Origin: Fistulifera solaris
Lineage: Eukaryota
Assembly: GCA_030295235.1 (NCBI GenBank)
Contig: AP026157.1
Span: forward strand, 1 to 64,000
Length of the DNA stretch: 64,000 nt
Direction: 5' to 3'
Position 1 is the stretch's first letter; every line of letters starts with the position of its first letter. The translations under genes were made by a program, and so were the position numbers. Of the stretch, positions 1-12,614 are shown piece by piece. Under the pieces are notes generated by a model. The model saw only the letters and a list, made by a program, of their open reading frames with translations. It did no database searches and had not been told where the DNA came from.

Positions 1-417
1 CCTAACCCTAACCCTAACCCTAACCCTAACCCTAACCCTCATAACCCCAACCCCAACCCTAACCCTAACCCCAACCCCAACCCTAACCCCTAACCCTAAC
101 CCTAACCCTAACCCTAACCCCAACCCCAACCCTAACCCCAACCCCAACCCCAACCCTAACCCTAACCCTAACCCCAACCCTAACCCTAACCCCAACCCCA
201 ACCCTAACCCCAACCCTAACCCTAACCCTAACCCTAACCCTAACCCTAACCCTAACCCTAACCCCAACCCTAACCCTAACCCCAACCCCAACCCTAACCC
301 TAACCCTAACCTAACCTAACCTAACCCTAACCCTAACCCTAACCCCAACCCTAACCCGAACCCGAACCCTAACCCGAACCCGAACCCTAACCCTAACCCT
401 AACCCTAACCCTAACCC
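1..417. repeat. Telomere, (CCCTAA)n = TTAGGG-type, with CCCCAA, CCTAA and CCCGAA variant units
   Basis: Continuous C-rich hexamer array from base 1 to 417; C-rich strand at the 5' end indicates a left chromosome end. Confidence 0.98.
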
Positions 418-849
418 ATAACGATAAACGGAGCTCAAAAATTTGGCGAAAGAACGAAATGTCGGTAGTCGAACATTGTCGCTCGAAAGAATATTGATTC
501 ATGACTGAAAGTGCAGTCGTGGACAAGGTGATACACTTGGAACTATAGTGGGTGCTGTCACTATTTTTAACATCAGACGGAAATTCTGCAATATTGGGTT
601 CATTGTCTTTTTCGCAATCAACGAAGCTCTAGATCTCTAGACCTAGATCCTATAACATCCATCATTAAATTACTCCGTATTTGTTTATCGCTTATTATCA
701 TCGTTACTCCTTTGTCCTTACCGGTAGTACGGTTTTGAATGTCGTACAGGCACTAACAACAGTCTTTTGTTTATAGTCTACTCAAAAACTCGCGTCAAAA
801 ACGACAAGGGGAAACGGTGAACGAATGAACGAATGAACGAATGAATGAA

Positions 850-962
850 GGAATCTAGCGACGAATCTTCATGTTTATTCGAGTTTAGCTAATCCTGATA
901 CAAGTAGGGCAGTGTACAGTCAATTACTTGTCAATCGTTCATCGACACGTGTGACGAATCTT
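850..962 (+). promoter_or_regulatory. Candidate phosphate-starvation (PSR/PHR-type Myb) sites upstream of the 5'-nucleotidase
   Basis: CGAATCTT at 862-869 and 955-962, near-match GGAATCTA at 850-857; fits the YGAATCTH motif reported for Phaeodactylum PtPSR (recalled, not checked). Confidence 0.4.
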
Positions 963-1071
963 CCGATGGCATCTGGATAGAAAAATAAATGAAGGATTTT
1001 CCGCCCGTCTCATTTTTTCTCCAACGACAGCTGTCGTGAGAAGTTTTCGGCACTTATTGATTTCAAGAATA

Positions 1072-3257
1072 ATGATGATGTTTCGCTCGGCAACTCTTTT
1101 CGCACTCTCTTGTGCAACAACATTTGCGCAATTCACTTTGGATATCTTGCACGTGAATGATCATCATTCACATTTGGCGCAAGAGACCTTTGAAATCGAT
1201 GCTGCATCGTTGCCGGAAGGTGTCGTGCTTCCCGCCGAAGCCGAAGCTGTGGCTGTGACTTATGGAGGCTTCCCACGGCTGGTGTCGTACATTCAGCAAG
1301 TGCAGAATGCTTCTACGGCAGATGCATTAATCAAACTGCACGCGGGTGATGCTATTACCGGAACTTTGTATTATTCATTGTACAAGGGAGAAGCGGATGC
1401 CGAAATGATGAACTATGTTTGTTTTGATGCGTTTACACTCGGAAATCACGAGTTTGATGATGGAGATGCTTCGCTAGCTACCTTTATTGGATATGTAAGT
1501 TTATGTTGACCGTCTCGTGTTTTTGAAAGTTGACAGATTCGCCGTTGCTTTTTCTCGTTCGGATTTTACACAAGAAATCTAACAACTCTTGTCTTCCTTA
1601 TTACCATTTGAACAGCTGCAAAACATTGAAAATACGACCTGCGAAACGCCAACGTCCGTCTTGTCGGCCAATCTGCAACTGGTGCCGATTCGCCACTCCA
1701 AGGCCTCGTGGCGCCGTACACCATTTATGAAGTTGGTGAAGAGCAAGTTGGAATCATTTCCATTACGACAAGCATCACCATGACATCGTCGAGTCCGGAT
1801 GAAGGAACAGTTGTGACGGACGAACGAACCTCTGCCGAAGAAGCCGTTGCTGAACTAACAGGCATGGGTGTCAACAAAATCATTCTTTGACTCACATCGG
1901 CTATACCGACGGTTTATCGACGGATGACTTTGATCTCGCTGCTATCGACGGTGTCGATATCATTGTGGGCGGTCACAGTCACAGTCTGTTGGCGGATCCG
2001 ACCGAAGTCGCCATGCTCGGTGACGTGGATGGACCGTACCCAACCGCTCAAGTGCGCGAAACGGACAATGGACAAGTGTGTATTGTTCAAGCATGGGAAT
2101 ACGGTCATGGAATCGGTGTTCTGTCGGTTGAATTCGACGATACCGGTGTTGTGACATCGTGCACGGGAAGTCCTCGTTTCCCGTTTGACGCGTCGACGTA
2201 CGAACCGGTTCTCGATGCTGACTCGACGAGTTCCCTGACTGCCTATCTCGAGAGCTTAAATGTGTTTGTTGCTGTGGATCCTCACCCCGAAACAGCGGCT
2301 GCTCTGGAAGTGTACTTGGCCGGTGTGGAAGACTTTGGAAACGTTACGTTGGCCACGGTCCCTGAACCTGGCATCTGCTACGAGCGTGTCCCCGGTGATG
2401 GTCGATCACAGATTTGCACATCGGAACAAACAATTGCGCAAGGAGGCGGTGCGTGCAACTTGGTGGCGCAAGCATTTTTGGATCAAGTTCCGTCGGCCGA
2501 CATTGCTATTCAAAATGCAGGTGGATGTCGTACCGATATCTTCCCGGGTGACTTCAAAGTTGTCGATGCGGTAAACATGTTGCCTTTTGCCAACACCATG
2601 GTGACTTTGGAAGTGACAGGAGCCGAAATCGAGCTTGTTTTGAATCAAGCTATCAACGCAAGCGCACTGAGTGGCATTTCGACCGGCGCGTATCCTTATG
2701 CAGCCGGCATTCGCTTCGATGTGGACGTGACGCAAGGTTATCCCAACTTTGTTTCGAATCTCGAAGTAAATATCAAGCTGGCATCCGATACATGGGAGCC
2801 GATTGATCCAGAAGCGACGTACACCGTAGTAACGAATTCTTTCATTGCCACCGGACAAGATAACTATTTGACATTTGGCGAAATCTCGGAGGATTTGGTG
2901 ACAGATCAGTTCCTCGAATATTCCCAAGTCTTTATCGAATACGCCACAAAGATGCAAGTCTTGGAAGATCCGCCTCTCGAAACGTACTCCACCCAGTCCT
3001 TTATCGGTGCAAACATGACAGACGGCGAAGACGAGTCTCCAGTTGATGCTCCGGTCGAAGCCCCGACGTCTGCTGAAACTGAAACTCCCGGAGCCACGCA
3101 AGTCCCAGCTAGTTCGCCCGTCGAAATGCCAGCTGAAACGCCCGTCGAGTCTCCCGTTGCAAGTCCAGTAGCAGCCCCAACAAGTTCGTCTATTTCTCTT
3201 TCAAGCGGATTGTTGATCTCTATTTTGGTTGGAGCAGTTGCGTGGGGTTCTATGTAG
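1072..3257 (+). CDS. Secreted, probably GPI-anchored 5'-nucleotidase (UshA/CD73-like metallophosphoesterase plus C-terminal domain)
   Basis: Signal peptide; motifs LHVNDHHS, AGDAITGT, LGNHEFD, THIG, GGHSH, QNAGG.R; Pro/Ser/Thr stalk and hydrophobic C-terminus. Intron 1495-1615 (GTAAGT..AACAG). Apparent 1-bp frameshifts at ~1678 and ~1887. Confidence 0.9.
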
Positions 3258-3340
3258 AAATGGTTAAGAGAAGGCTTGTTAAAGAATGGTAAAAATAGCA
3301 TTTAATCAATAGCACACTATACGTACTTGTAGCATCCAAC

Positions 3341-4219
3341 TTAATGAGCTAGAAACTCATCTAAGGTAGCACGCTGACGTGAGGGCATCTCGGATCCGTT
3401 GGGTTCATCAAAGATCCAGACCGTGGTACCTCGCAAAGCACAGGCAGGAAATTCCGCTGGAGTTACTTGCTCATCATCGACAGCAAGACGCATTGCTGAC
3501 GCTTTTCCTTTCGGATATTTATCGCTTTTCCCCGCAGCGGAAACCACCGACTGTTTCGCACGTTGCATGACAGGCAGCGTCAAAGAGATACTGGGCGGCG
3601 ATTTCATTTCAACACCAATGGCCCACTTCGACGCTTCATTAATTTCGTCTCGGCCCGGATACAAAGATCCAATGTGCCCGTCGTCACCAACGCCGATCAA
3701 ACACAGATCGAAAACGGGAAAGCCATCGGCGTCTCTCGGCAACACACTCGCCGGAATGGCTTCTAGCTTTGCTTGATAAGCTGACGCCTCAGCCTGAGCA
3801 TCTGCCGTGCCGTCAAGAGTCACCACGTTCGTCAAACCCCAGCGGTCTAAAAACATGTTGCGTGCTTTTGCGTGAATTGCACTCGACAAATCGTCGTTCG
3901 GGACGCATTTATGATTGACGTACGCCAGCGTTGTTTTCGAGACCCAATCCCCTTTCGGTTCCAGACTGCTCAACACAGTCAAGACGGATCCTCCAGGAAT
4001 CGCTAGTGCAAAGCTCCCTTTCTCCGCGATAGCTTTGTTTGCCGCGTCTTCCACAATCGAATGAACCGCATTCGAAACGTCCTGTTCGGTAGGAAGAATC
4101 CAAACGTCTTTGGCGGATGAAAGATCCAGCGCAAAAGGAGGACGAATTAATGACGGAACGTTTCTCACATATCCTTGCGTTATTGCGAAGCTCGTCCCCG
4201 CGAGCAAAATTAAACGCAT
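3341..4219 (-). CDS. PGL: 6-phosphogluconolactonase, probably plastid-targeted
   Basis: Intact 292-aa ORF with FALAIPGGS, FDLCLIGVGDDGHIGSLYP, ISLTLPV; signal peptide ending TQG|Y. Confidence 0.9.
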   Translation of the reverse strand: MRLILLAGTSFAITQGYVRNVPSLIRPPFALDLSSAKDVWILPTEQDVSNAVHSIVEDAANKAIAEKGSFALAIPGGSVLTVLSSLEPKGDWVSKTTLAYVNHKCVPNDDLSSAIHAKARNMFLDRWGLTNVVTLDGTADAQAEASAYQAKLEAIPASVLPRDADGFPVFDLCLIGVGDDGHIGSLYPGRDEINEASKWAIGVEMKSPPSISLTLPVMQRAKQSVVSAAGKSDKYPKGKASAMRLAVDDEQVTPAEFPACALRGTTVWIFDEPNGSEMPSRQRATLDEFLAH

Positions 4220-4579
4220 ATTACGATGTTGATTATTTTAAACAGAAAAGGATGACGAAGAATAGATTCAACAATCGTTTGTTGATCTTATGAAGTTTGG
4301 TTGAAACGAAGGACTGCTTTTTCTCGTGCGTGTTGCGAAAATTAGGTGCGTTTCGTTTTCGTCGCTAGGTCGATCCGGACCGACGACGGACGATCGTCAC
4401 CTCATGAGTCAAGAGTCAAGAAGAGTCGTCGTCGTCATGTATGATTGTTGCTGGCGCCTCTTGCTGCTTGTTGGCGCCTTGTGGCGGAAAAGTGACATAG
4501 CATTCTACCTTCTGTGAGTAACTAGAAGATATCTCATAATCTAGGTCAAACTTTAGGTCAGCGTCATTAGCGTACCGTA

Positions 4580-4870
4580 TTTCTGGAGGAAATCTGTGTA
4601 CGATCCAGAAATTCTGGATACCAGTACTATTTATTGCAGTATGTTTGGTCATACGGAAAATCTGCGTGAGCTCCTGAAATTTTGGATAGGGTGCATTCTG
4701 GGGTGCATTTGGTCAAACAGAAAAACTGCTTTTATTCCAGAATTTCTGGATACTCCCTACTATAATGTATATCGTCATACAGAAAATCTGAGTAAATTCC
4801 AGAAAATCTGGATAAGATGTATTTGGTCAAACAGAAAGTCTGCGAGTCTTGCAGAAATTCTGGAAACTGT
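4580..4870. repeat. Degenerate minisatellite of the CCAGAAATTCTGGA family (about 5 units, 53-70 bp)
   Basis: Cores near 4605, 4673, 4737, 4799 and 4851, most preceded by TTGGTCAWACRGAAA-like sequence as in the 60.3-kb array. Confidence 0.75.
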
Positions 4871-4999
4871 GTATCAATCGGTGTGTTTCGTCATAGAGGT
4901 TAGAACTATAAATAGAAAGTGCGGACTATGATCTTGATATTACCTAATATTATTGGTTTACTAATGACATATTCAGAAAGCATGAAATGACATGATGTT

Positions 5000-6629
5000 C
5001 TACGCCAAACGCGACTTTTTCGACGCCTTAGTCATGGGATTCCGACGCAGGGACGCGCGTGATGATTCGGATTCCTCCGACAGACGTAATGGAGCAACAC
5101 CTTCGTCAAGAGAAAAACTTTCAATTAAATCACACAGCAAATCGGTATGTTGCGACAAGACTAAGGCAGTGCGCTGGTAGTCTTTTGATGCATTCTCAAA
5201 CAGAATTGTCGCGACAAGTTGTTGACGGACCAATACAGACTCTTTTAGCAATCGCGCTGATCCATTGTACAGACGATTGAGCGAATATAGGTTGTTGATG
5301 ACCGAGCCATCGGAGCACCTTTTGCCCAAGCTATTCAGCACCATAATATTGTGGTTGCGCAAAAGCAATCCCTTCAACCACAAATAATCGGGATCGGTAA
5401 TTGGATAGTCCTTCACGACGAATGTCTCCAGTCCTTGGTGCTCTTCCATCGCTTTAAAAAGTATGTGCGATTGAGGACTCCAATCAAAGCAACAAAGCTC
5501 AAATTCACTCAACTTCAAAAACATCAAGTTCGAATTCCCTTGAATCACAGCCATAAGTGCGTTTGTAATTGCTGCTGCTTTTTCTTCTACGACTTTTTCG
5601 TCACAATAAAGGGAAATTTTCAATCTTTCAAAATGGCCCAATGCAGCGAGTCGCTGAAGAAAGGCAAGTAGAAGCTTATCCCAGTTGTTGTTGTAGCCAT
5701 CGTCATCGCTGGAATCAAAGTTTATTTTGATGTCGAGAATTTTAGAAACAACTTGCAAATCCTGGAAATCGCTTTCTTCGAAATACCCCGGATCCAGCTC
5801 GTACACCAACGCTTTTGTCTTGGCAGAGAAGGCAAGCAGAGCGACGCTGGGATCCAGCATAGGTAATGTAAGCTTTTCGAACCAGGTTTCAATTTGGAAG
5901 AGTCGCTTCAGATTTTTATTGCTCAGGGGCGTCCAATCCTCATCAGAATAATCGACGTCGAGACAAAGCGAGCCAAAGATCTTCTCTCGGGTCTCCAATG
6001 CCTTTACAAAGGCAGTCCCGCCGTCCTGAAATTCAAAACATGCATATCCATTACTCGACTGACCTAATGTCAAGTCAACTGAATACGGCCGTGTTGCCAA
6101 CACGATTGACTGCTCGGCGCTCCACTCTCCTGCTGTGAATGCATATTGTCGCCCTGGAGTTGCATCCATGAGACACGCAATCTCCTCTGGGTTAAGGATC
6201 TTTGCGAAGTCACAGTCGCAATGAGAAAGAAGGTTGTCGAGATCGATTTCAACATGAACCATTTGTTCTCCGGAGAAACTAAGTAGCCCGAAAAAGGAAG
6301 CAGTCTTTAATATTTCGGAGTCTCGTGCAGTGCCTCCATAAAAACTGTAAATTGCGCCGCTAAATCGAACATACGCAGTAAACTGTGAAGGAGATGTTGA
6401 ACCCATAACGGTAATTGTGTTTTTCATGTTTGCGGATCAAAATCGCCGTGCCGTTATCCCGCCAAATGACCATGTCGTTGAGACTATCCCAGTCGATTTC
6501 TTCAAGATTTGCTGGCTCACGGGTTAGCTTGTAAACGGGTAAATGAGTATCGTATCCGTGCGGTCGACATTCCTCTTGCTCTTCAGTCAATAGAGCATCC
6601 GGGATGAGTTCTAGTAGCGGCGTCGTCAT
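5000..6629 (-). CDS. Member of a lineage-expanded hypothetical family (RNI/LRR-like), with a frameshift near 6425
   Basis: ORF 6360-6629 (MTTPLLELIP..PVYKL.REP..) joins the 475-aa ORF; shares F.D.GTAFV.ALETR, RLFQI, RLA.LGHF..LKI, YSLNR.Y.GS, QR.AL.LS.H.DLLC with ORF 62900-63931. Confidence 0.7.
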
Positions 6630-7706
6630 TATGATAATATTCGAACTGTATTTGATTGATATTTTAAGATGAAAAGAGCATCAAAGGTTTGATGTTCGGT
6701 TTTCTTGAGAGTATCGCCTAAAGACTATCGCAAGCGCATTGTTGTCGACTCCCACTGTGCGTTATTCTTCGTTTGTATCTTTGTGCGCGGAAAACGGAAC
6801 CAACCACCGACCGTGTCGCAGCAAGACTGATAATAGTCTTTTAGTACTCATGGACCCGGATTTAGGTGAGTTCGACATCATCCATTTGTCGGGTATTTGT
6901 ATCGCCGGAATGCCTTTTAAATCTCTTGCCAACATTAACCATTTGCAATCATAAGCGAATTTCAGATCAAATCGAAAACAGAGTGTAGAAAACACAGAAG
7001 ATACGACGCTTGGAAAGTCTACGCCAAAATCACGTAGACTTGGTAGGAATTTTATCGATCTAGACGGCAGCTGTCGCATTCGACCTTTTCGATTCTTGAG
7101 TTCAACAGCGATAAAACTTATCATACATTTATAAAAACAGGTTCATAAACTATTTTATAAACTAGAGTTAACACCGGTGCGCAATGCGAGCACAAAGATG
7201 AAAAGGAAGAGATGGAATTTAAAATTAACAGAGGCAAACCCTGAACCAGAGTACAGACAACGCAAGCCGCAAGCTGGCGCTTTACGAGGTACACCATTTC
7301 GTATACTAATTAGTCGAGGAACATGGTTTGGCAATTTGGAAATGACCTTACAAGATACTTAAGGGCTTTTATCCACAACGGATTCACTCTCTACAATCCA
7401 AGTTATACAAGTCATTCAAGACATAAGGCGGCCGTGTCGTGTGACCGCCGAGTATGACACCGCATGCGTTGAAGAACGAAGAAGCACGAGCTAAAGCTGG
7501 ATTGCAAAGCACCAGCGCCGCAACGGCATCAACAGAACTTCTGTTTCTTCTGAAAGCATTTGCATGAATTGTTTCGTCACAACAGCTTTTCTTGTTGTTC
7601 GAGCATACGCGCGCAAAAAAAGTATATTCCTTTCATCGATTGACATTCTTTGAGAGCCGGAAACGTTCCTCGTGAGAGCTTGCGAGCAGAGAAGACGTTT
7701 ATCGCC

Positions 7707-10700
7707 ATGAATCGTTTTTTCTTTGTTGCTGCTGGTCATTGTAGGGTCGACGACATGCCAAGCGGCTTCTTGGAGCGATTTCTTTGACTATGCATGGATT
7801 TATCATCCCAAGTATTCAGTCGAACGTAATCTTGGCTTCGGTAAGAACAAAGAGGCTGTGTTTTTCAAGTGTTTTTATTGTTATTTTTACTCAATGCTTT
7901 TTTCTCTTCTGCTGCGTTGTCAAGGTGACTTCGCGGAAAGCCCGCCCGAGTCTTGCCCTGCAACGACTACGTGCGCTCCTGTTTGTGTCGCGAATGCAAC
8001 AGACTGCCCGACGCAGTGCGAGGAAGGCGAAGAGCTTTGCAGTGACGGAAGTTGCAAGCCGGCTTGTTTGGGTGACGAAGAAACTCTGTGTGGGGAAGAC
8101 GCCGAGCGTTGCACTACGTTGCCGATCACCTGCAAGCGAGAAATCGACTTCTATGATTCCTGTAAGGAGAAGTACGCCGCGTTTTATGAAACGGAGGCGG
8201 TATGCATCGAAGCGCAGATCGATGAGATCCCTCTCCTCTCCTTTACCGACCCAGCGTTCATGTTCTGTTACTTTTGGATTTTGTGCGTTTCCCTCTTGAC
8301 ATTCTTGTGGTGCTTGTTCAACCAAAAGATCTTTCCGGTGGCGGGTTCGGAGGTAGCCATGAAAGAAGAAGGATGGTCGCAGACAGGATACAAGCGACAC
8401 TGGATCGGAATTATCATCCACGGAATGGTCATGACAACTCTTTGGGGCATTCAGTTCCTCTTGTTCTTATTGACGGTCTTTTATTACATGCAACAGGGCG
8501 CCATTAGCCGATGGGAACCAGTCTTTGAAGATGAAGTTCAAGTTTTGATTGCCTTTGAGTAAGTGCTATCGTCGTCTCGTTGTTCTTTACTCTACAATAC
8601 GCTAACGTTTCGAAATCAGAGTTGTTTGGTTCGTCGGCTTACTGTGGTCTTTTTGCTTATCGCTGGCCGCTGAGCGTGCAGAGTATCTTCCTACGCCGCT
8701 GTACTTTGGACCAAGCATCTTTTGTGGCGATAGTAGCAAGACAGAAACAAGTGGAAATCATTGACGAGTTCAAATTGAGTGAATCGATCATTCAAATGAT
8801 TGCCATGCCCATAAACAGCATCTTTTACTTCTTGTTTTCTTACCCTTATGTTCCGCCAGGCTACGACATCACTTACTGCGAAGTGGCGGTTGATAAAATG
8901 ACCGGAACCCGTCGTTTCTTTCATCGAATGTGTCGCTATGTTTACGACGAAGAAACGGCAATGTATTCTATCGGATATATGGATGTGGGCAAAACAATGG
9001 AGAACTTTCTAAAGCAGAGCCGTGGTTTGACGTCGGAAGAAGCAAAAAACGCCTTCATACGGTTGGTCTCAACGTGATTCCGATGGAAAAACCGACAATT
9101 TTCAAAAACATCTTTCAGGAGTTTTGCAAATTCTTCTATCTATATCAAACCTTCTTGGTTTGGACGTGGGCTCCTTATTGGTACTACTATATGGCAATAA
9201 CGCATTCAGTCGTTCGCATCACCGGCGGTGTTGTGGTTGGTATTTTCCAGTATATGAGCGATTCGGTCCTTTACCAAATCTCTCATGTCAAAGGAACGGT
9301 CAAGTAAGTACCCTGTAACTCAAACTTTGAGGCCAGAAAAGCTTCTAACGCTTGCCCTCCATGTGCCAGGGTCCTCCGCGATGGCAATCTAGCCTCCATT
9401 CCGGTCACTGATCTTGTCCCTGGCGATATCGTCGCCCTTGAACGCGGCTCTGTTTATTGTGATATGGTGATTGTGAAAGCGGAGCATTTGGTTGTCGATG
9501 AAAGTGCTCTCACTGGAGAAGCTACTCCGATTGCCAAGGTACCGATTGATTCATCTTTGCAAGGAGAAGCGTACAGCGCAAAGCATCACGCAATTTATAC
9601 GGTTTCTGCGGGCACAACGATCCTAGAATGCGGAGAAAATCACCAGGATTTCGGCTTGGTCCTGTCAACCGGTACATTTACGACAAAGGGCAAGTTGTTG
9701 AGCGATGTATTGTCTTATCAGCGCCACAAGTTCAAATTCGATGATGAAGTCAAAGTCGTTTTGTGCATCCTTTTGTTGCAAGGCATTTTCTTGGTCACAA
9801 TGGTCTTTCACTTTCTGCAAGACCAGGTAAGTGTCTTTAAACCGTCGTAGCAGTACTCTTTCTTTCGTTACTCACTTCAGTCTTGTATTGTCATCAACAC
9901 AGTTTGTTTATGCCTTCTTCTATGGGATTTTTGTGTTCGGGACGGTTATCCCGCCTCTCCTTCCGACTGTATTTGTTGTTTCGGTCGGAATTTCGGCACA
10001 TCGTCTTCGTCAGAAGCAAATCACATGCACATATTCCGAGGGGATTCTGATTGCCGGCAAAGTCAATTGCGCCTTCTTTGACAAAAGGGACGTTGACGCA
10101 AGCTGGTATGTCATATTTCGGAACCTGGAGCGAAGGAGAGATGAAGGAGCTCGTCAAAGTTGGCATGGCGGTTTGCCACAGCCTTCGGATGTCCAAAAAT
10201 GGTGAGTTGCTTGGTAATCACGTGGATCAAGCATCGTTCCGTAGTACAGGTGCCGAGCTCACGAAAGGAGAAAACATGGACATTAAGTTGGGAGGAAAAA
10301 GCTACACGATCTTGAAGCAGAACGAATTCGATAATCATCGCGTTACGCAAAGTGTTGTCGTCCAGGACGAGACCGGGACGAAGCTTGCTTTTGTCAAAGG
10401 CAGTCCTGAATCAATCCGCGCTCTTTGTGACGGCAAAACAATCCCTAAAACTTTTGACGGCACTCTTCGTTCTGGCGCTAAGCTTGGTATTTATCAGCTT
10501 GCATTGGCATCCAAGAAACTCGACCCCAGTACAGACGTAAGCGTGCTCACTCGCGACGACCTTGAAAGCTCCTTAGGTTTCTGTGGATTCATCCATTTTC
10601 AGAACAAGATCAAAAGCGACACCGGCAAGGTGATCAAAGAGCTCCAGGGTGGAGATGTTTCGGTGTCGATGATCACTGGCGATAACGTTCTTACAGGTAT

Positions 10701-12105
10701 CTGCATCGCTCGTGAGGCGGGCATGATCGAAGCCAGATCTCCTGTTCTTTTGGGTCGCAAAAAGGGAGAGGAAGTAGAATGGGTCAATGTCGACAACGAT
10801 CAGGTTACGAACGAACCCTACGCAGGCATTGATGTCGATTTGGCCCTTACAGGGGAAGCCTGGAATACTCTTTTGATCAACGATCCCAAGTATGCCAAGG
10901 GAATTTTCACGCATGTAAGAGTGTTCGGCCGCTGCAACCCATCCGATAAGGTTTCGGTTGTGACAACAGGTGTGGAATTGGGTTTCAAGACATTGATGTG
11001 TGGCGATGGACAAAATGACTGTGGAGCTTTGAAAAGCGCGCACGTTGGTATTGCACTGAGTAGCTCGGAGGCGAGTGTTGTGGCGCCTTTTACGTCTCTT
11101 GAAAAGTCGATTACATCCGTCGTTGACGTACTCCGCGAAGGACGATGTGCTCTTTCTTCTGCTTTCAAAGTGTACAGCTTCTACATCATCTATGGTCAGC
11201 TCGAGTCCTATCTGCAAACGATCGCTGCGTACATGTTCATTTCCTTCACGGAGTGGTGCTGGGTTTTCATGGACGGCTTCTGGTCCCTGCTAATGGCATT
11301 CAGTCTTCCGTTGGCTTCGGCAGCCCCCCTCCTTTCCCCGTATCGCCCAACTGCGTCTTTGCTAGGTCCTCGCACTATGTTTAGTGTCTGTGGATTGCTG
11401 GCGTGGAATTTCTTCTTCTTGACGATGGCGCTGGTCGCACTCAACAACCAGGATTGGTATCAATGCCGAAAGTGGACGAGCGAGGACGTGAGCAATGTTC
11501 TGGTCGTTGGTGACAACTACGAGACGAGCGTCCTTTTTATTGTGGGTGGCTTTCAATACATGGCTTCCGCTGTTGCTCTCAACTTCGGTTACACCTTCCG
11601 AGCATCATGGTTTAAGAATTATGTCTTCGTCAGTCTGGTGTCCCTCTTCATGATATTCCAGTTCGTGGCAACATTGGTCCCCTCTAGCTTCTCGTGCATT
11701 TGGCGACTCAACTGTGACAACGAGGTAAGATTGACTTTCGGTGAAGATTGCCGCCTTGATACAATTTTTCTCATTTCTTCTCCTCTGTCGACGAAGGATG
11801 CTGTCCGATTGGTCACTTCAAAAGCTCCCATGGCTATAAACAATCCTTTCAACACAACCGTCATGCCCGTGAAATTCCGCTGGATTTTGGCAATCATCAT
11901 GGTGATCAACCTCATCACGCTCTGCGTTTGGTACGTATTCGTCGGCACCTCGCTTCCTGCAGTCGCAAAGCGGACAGTCGTCTCACAATTTTTCTATTCC
12001 AGGGAATACTTCTTTGTCAATGGATTGCTCTTCAAGCTCTTTGACTTTAAGAAGAGCTCGTCGCCGCGCTTCCCGCAGTCTGAGAAAAGTGTCGTGATGG
12101 CGTGA
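7707..12105 (+). CDS. P5(B)-type ATPase (ATP13A-like) with signal peptide and Cys-rich N-terminal extension
   Basis: LVPGDIV, VDESALTGE, PPLLP (TM4), disrupted DK(T)GTLT, KGSPE, MITGDNVLTG, MCGDGQNDCGALK.AHVG, LREGRCAL. Introns ~7841-7924, 8559-8619, 9304-9369, 9827-9902, 11725-11796, possibly 11931-12002. Frameshifts at ~7720, ~9048 and ~10086. Confidence 0.9.
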
Positions 12106-12614
12106 TGGGCAGAATGTGCGAAGAATTTTCAATATATGTTTGTACATGCACACAAGTGGAGAAGGGCAAGAATAATAGTGAGTAAGCAAAGCTCTATTGT
12201 AACTTTCCCTAGATAACCGTGCATATAAATTACTGTGAACCAACATCATCCAAACTTCATCGGCGCTTGGAAAATCGTGACGCACTGACAACTGTGCAGT
12301 ATTGACCTTCCGAACACAATCTTACGTCGTAGAGCTAATACGTAAAGCGTTCGTAGAGGACGCATATTACAAGTAGCAAGAAAAAAAGAAGATAAGGGGG
12401 AAGAGAGTTAAGGAGTATTATGATCTTTATCAAGCTCGTCGCCAAGCTCTTTTTGTTGTGTTTTTTCGCGCGTGATGGAAAAATCGAGAAAAGTAAGCAC
12501 GGGTACTATCAATCGTACTATGGACGAGCTTATATAGTCCTTAATGTAGACTAAGACGGTTCAATCATATCCTCCGGTATCCACCGGAGTTAAGTAGTGG
12601 CTGTCGTACATCGT

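Noticed and set aside
311..526. VR-repeat ORF
   Set aside because: Read-through into the telomeric repeats
6630..7700. Short ORFs between the RNI-like gene and the P5 ATPase (also 13500-14040, 31063-31680, 43127-44036)
   Set aside because: No domain signal or convincing start context; treated as intergenic
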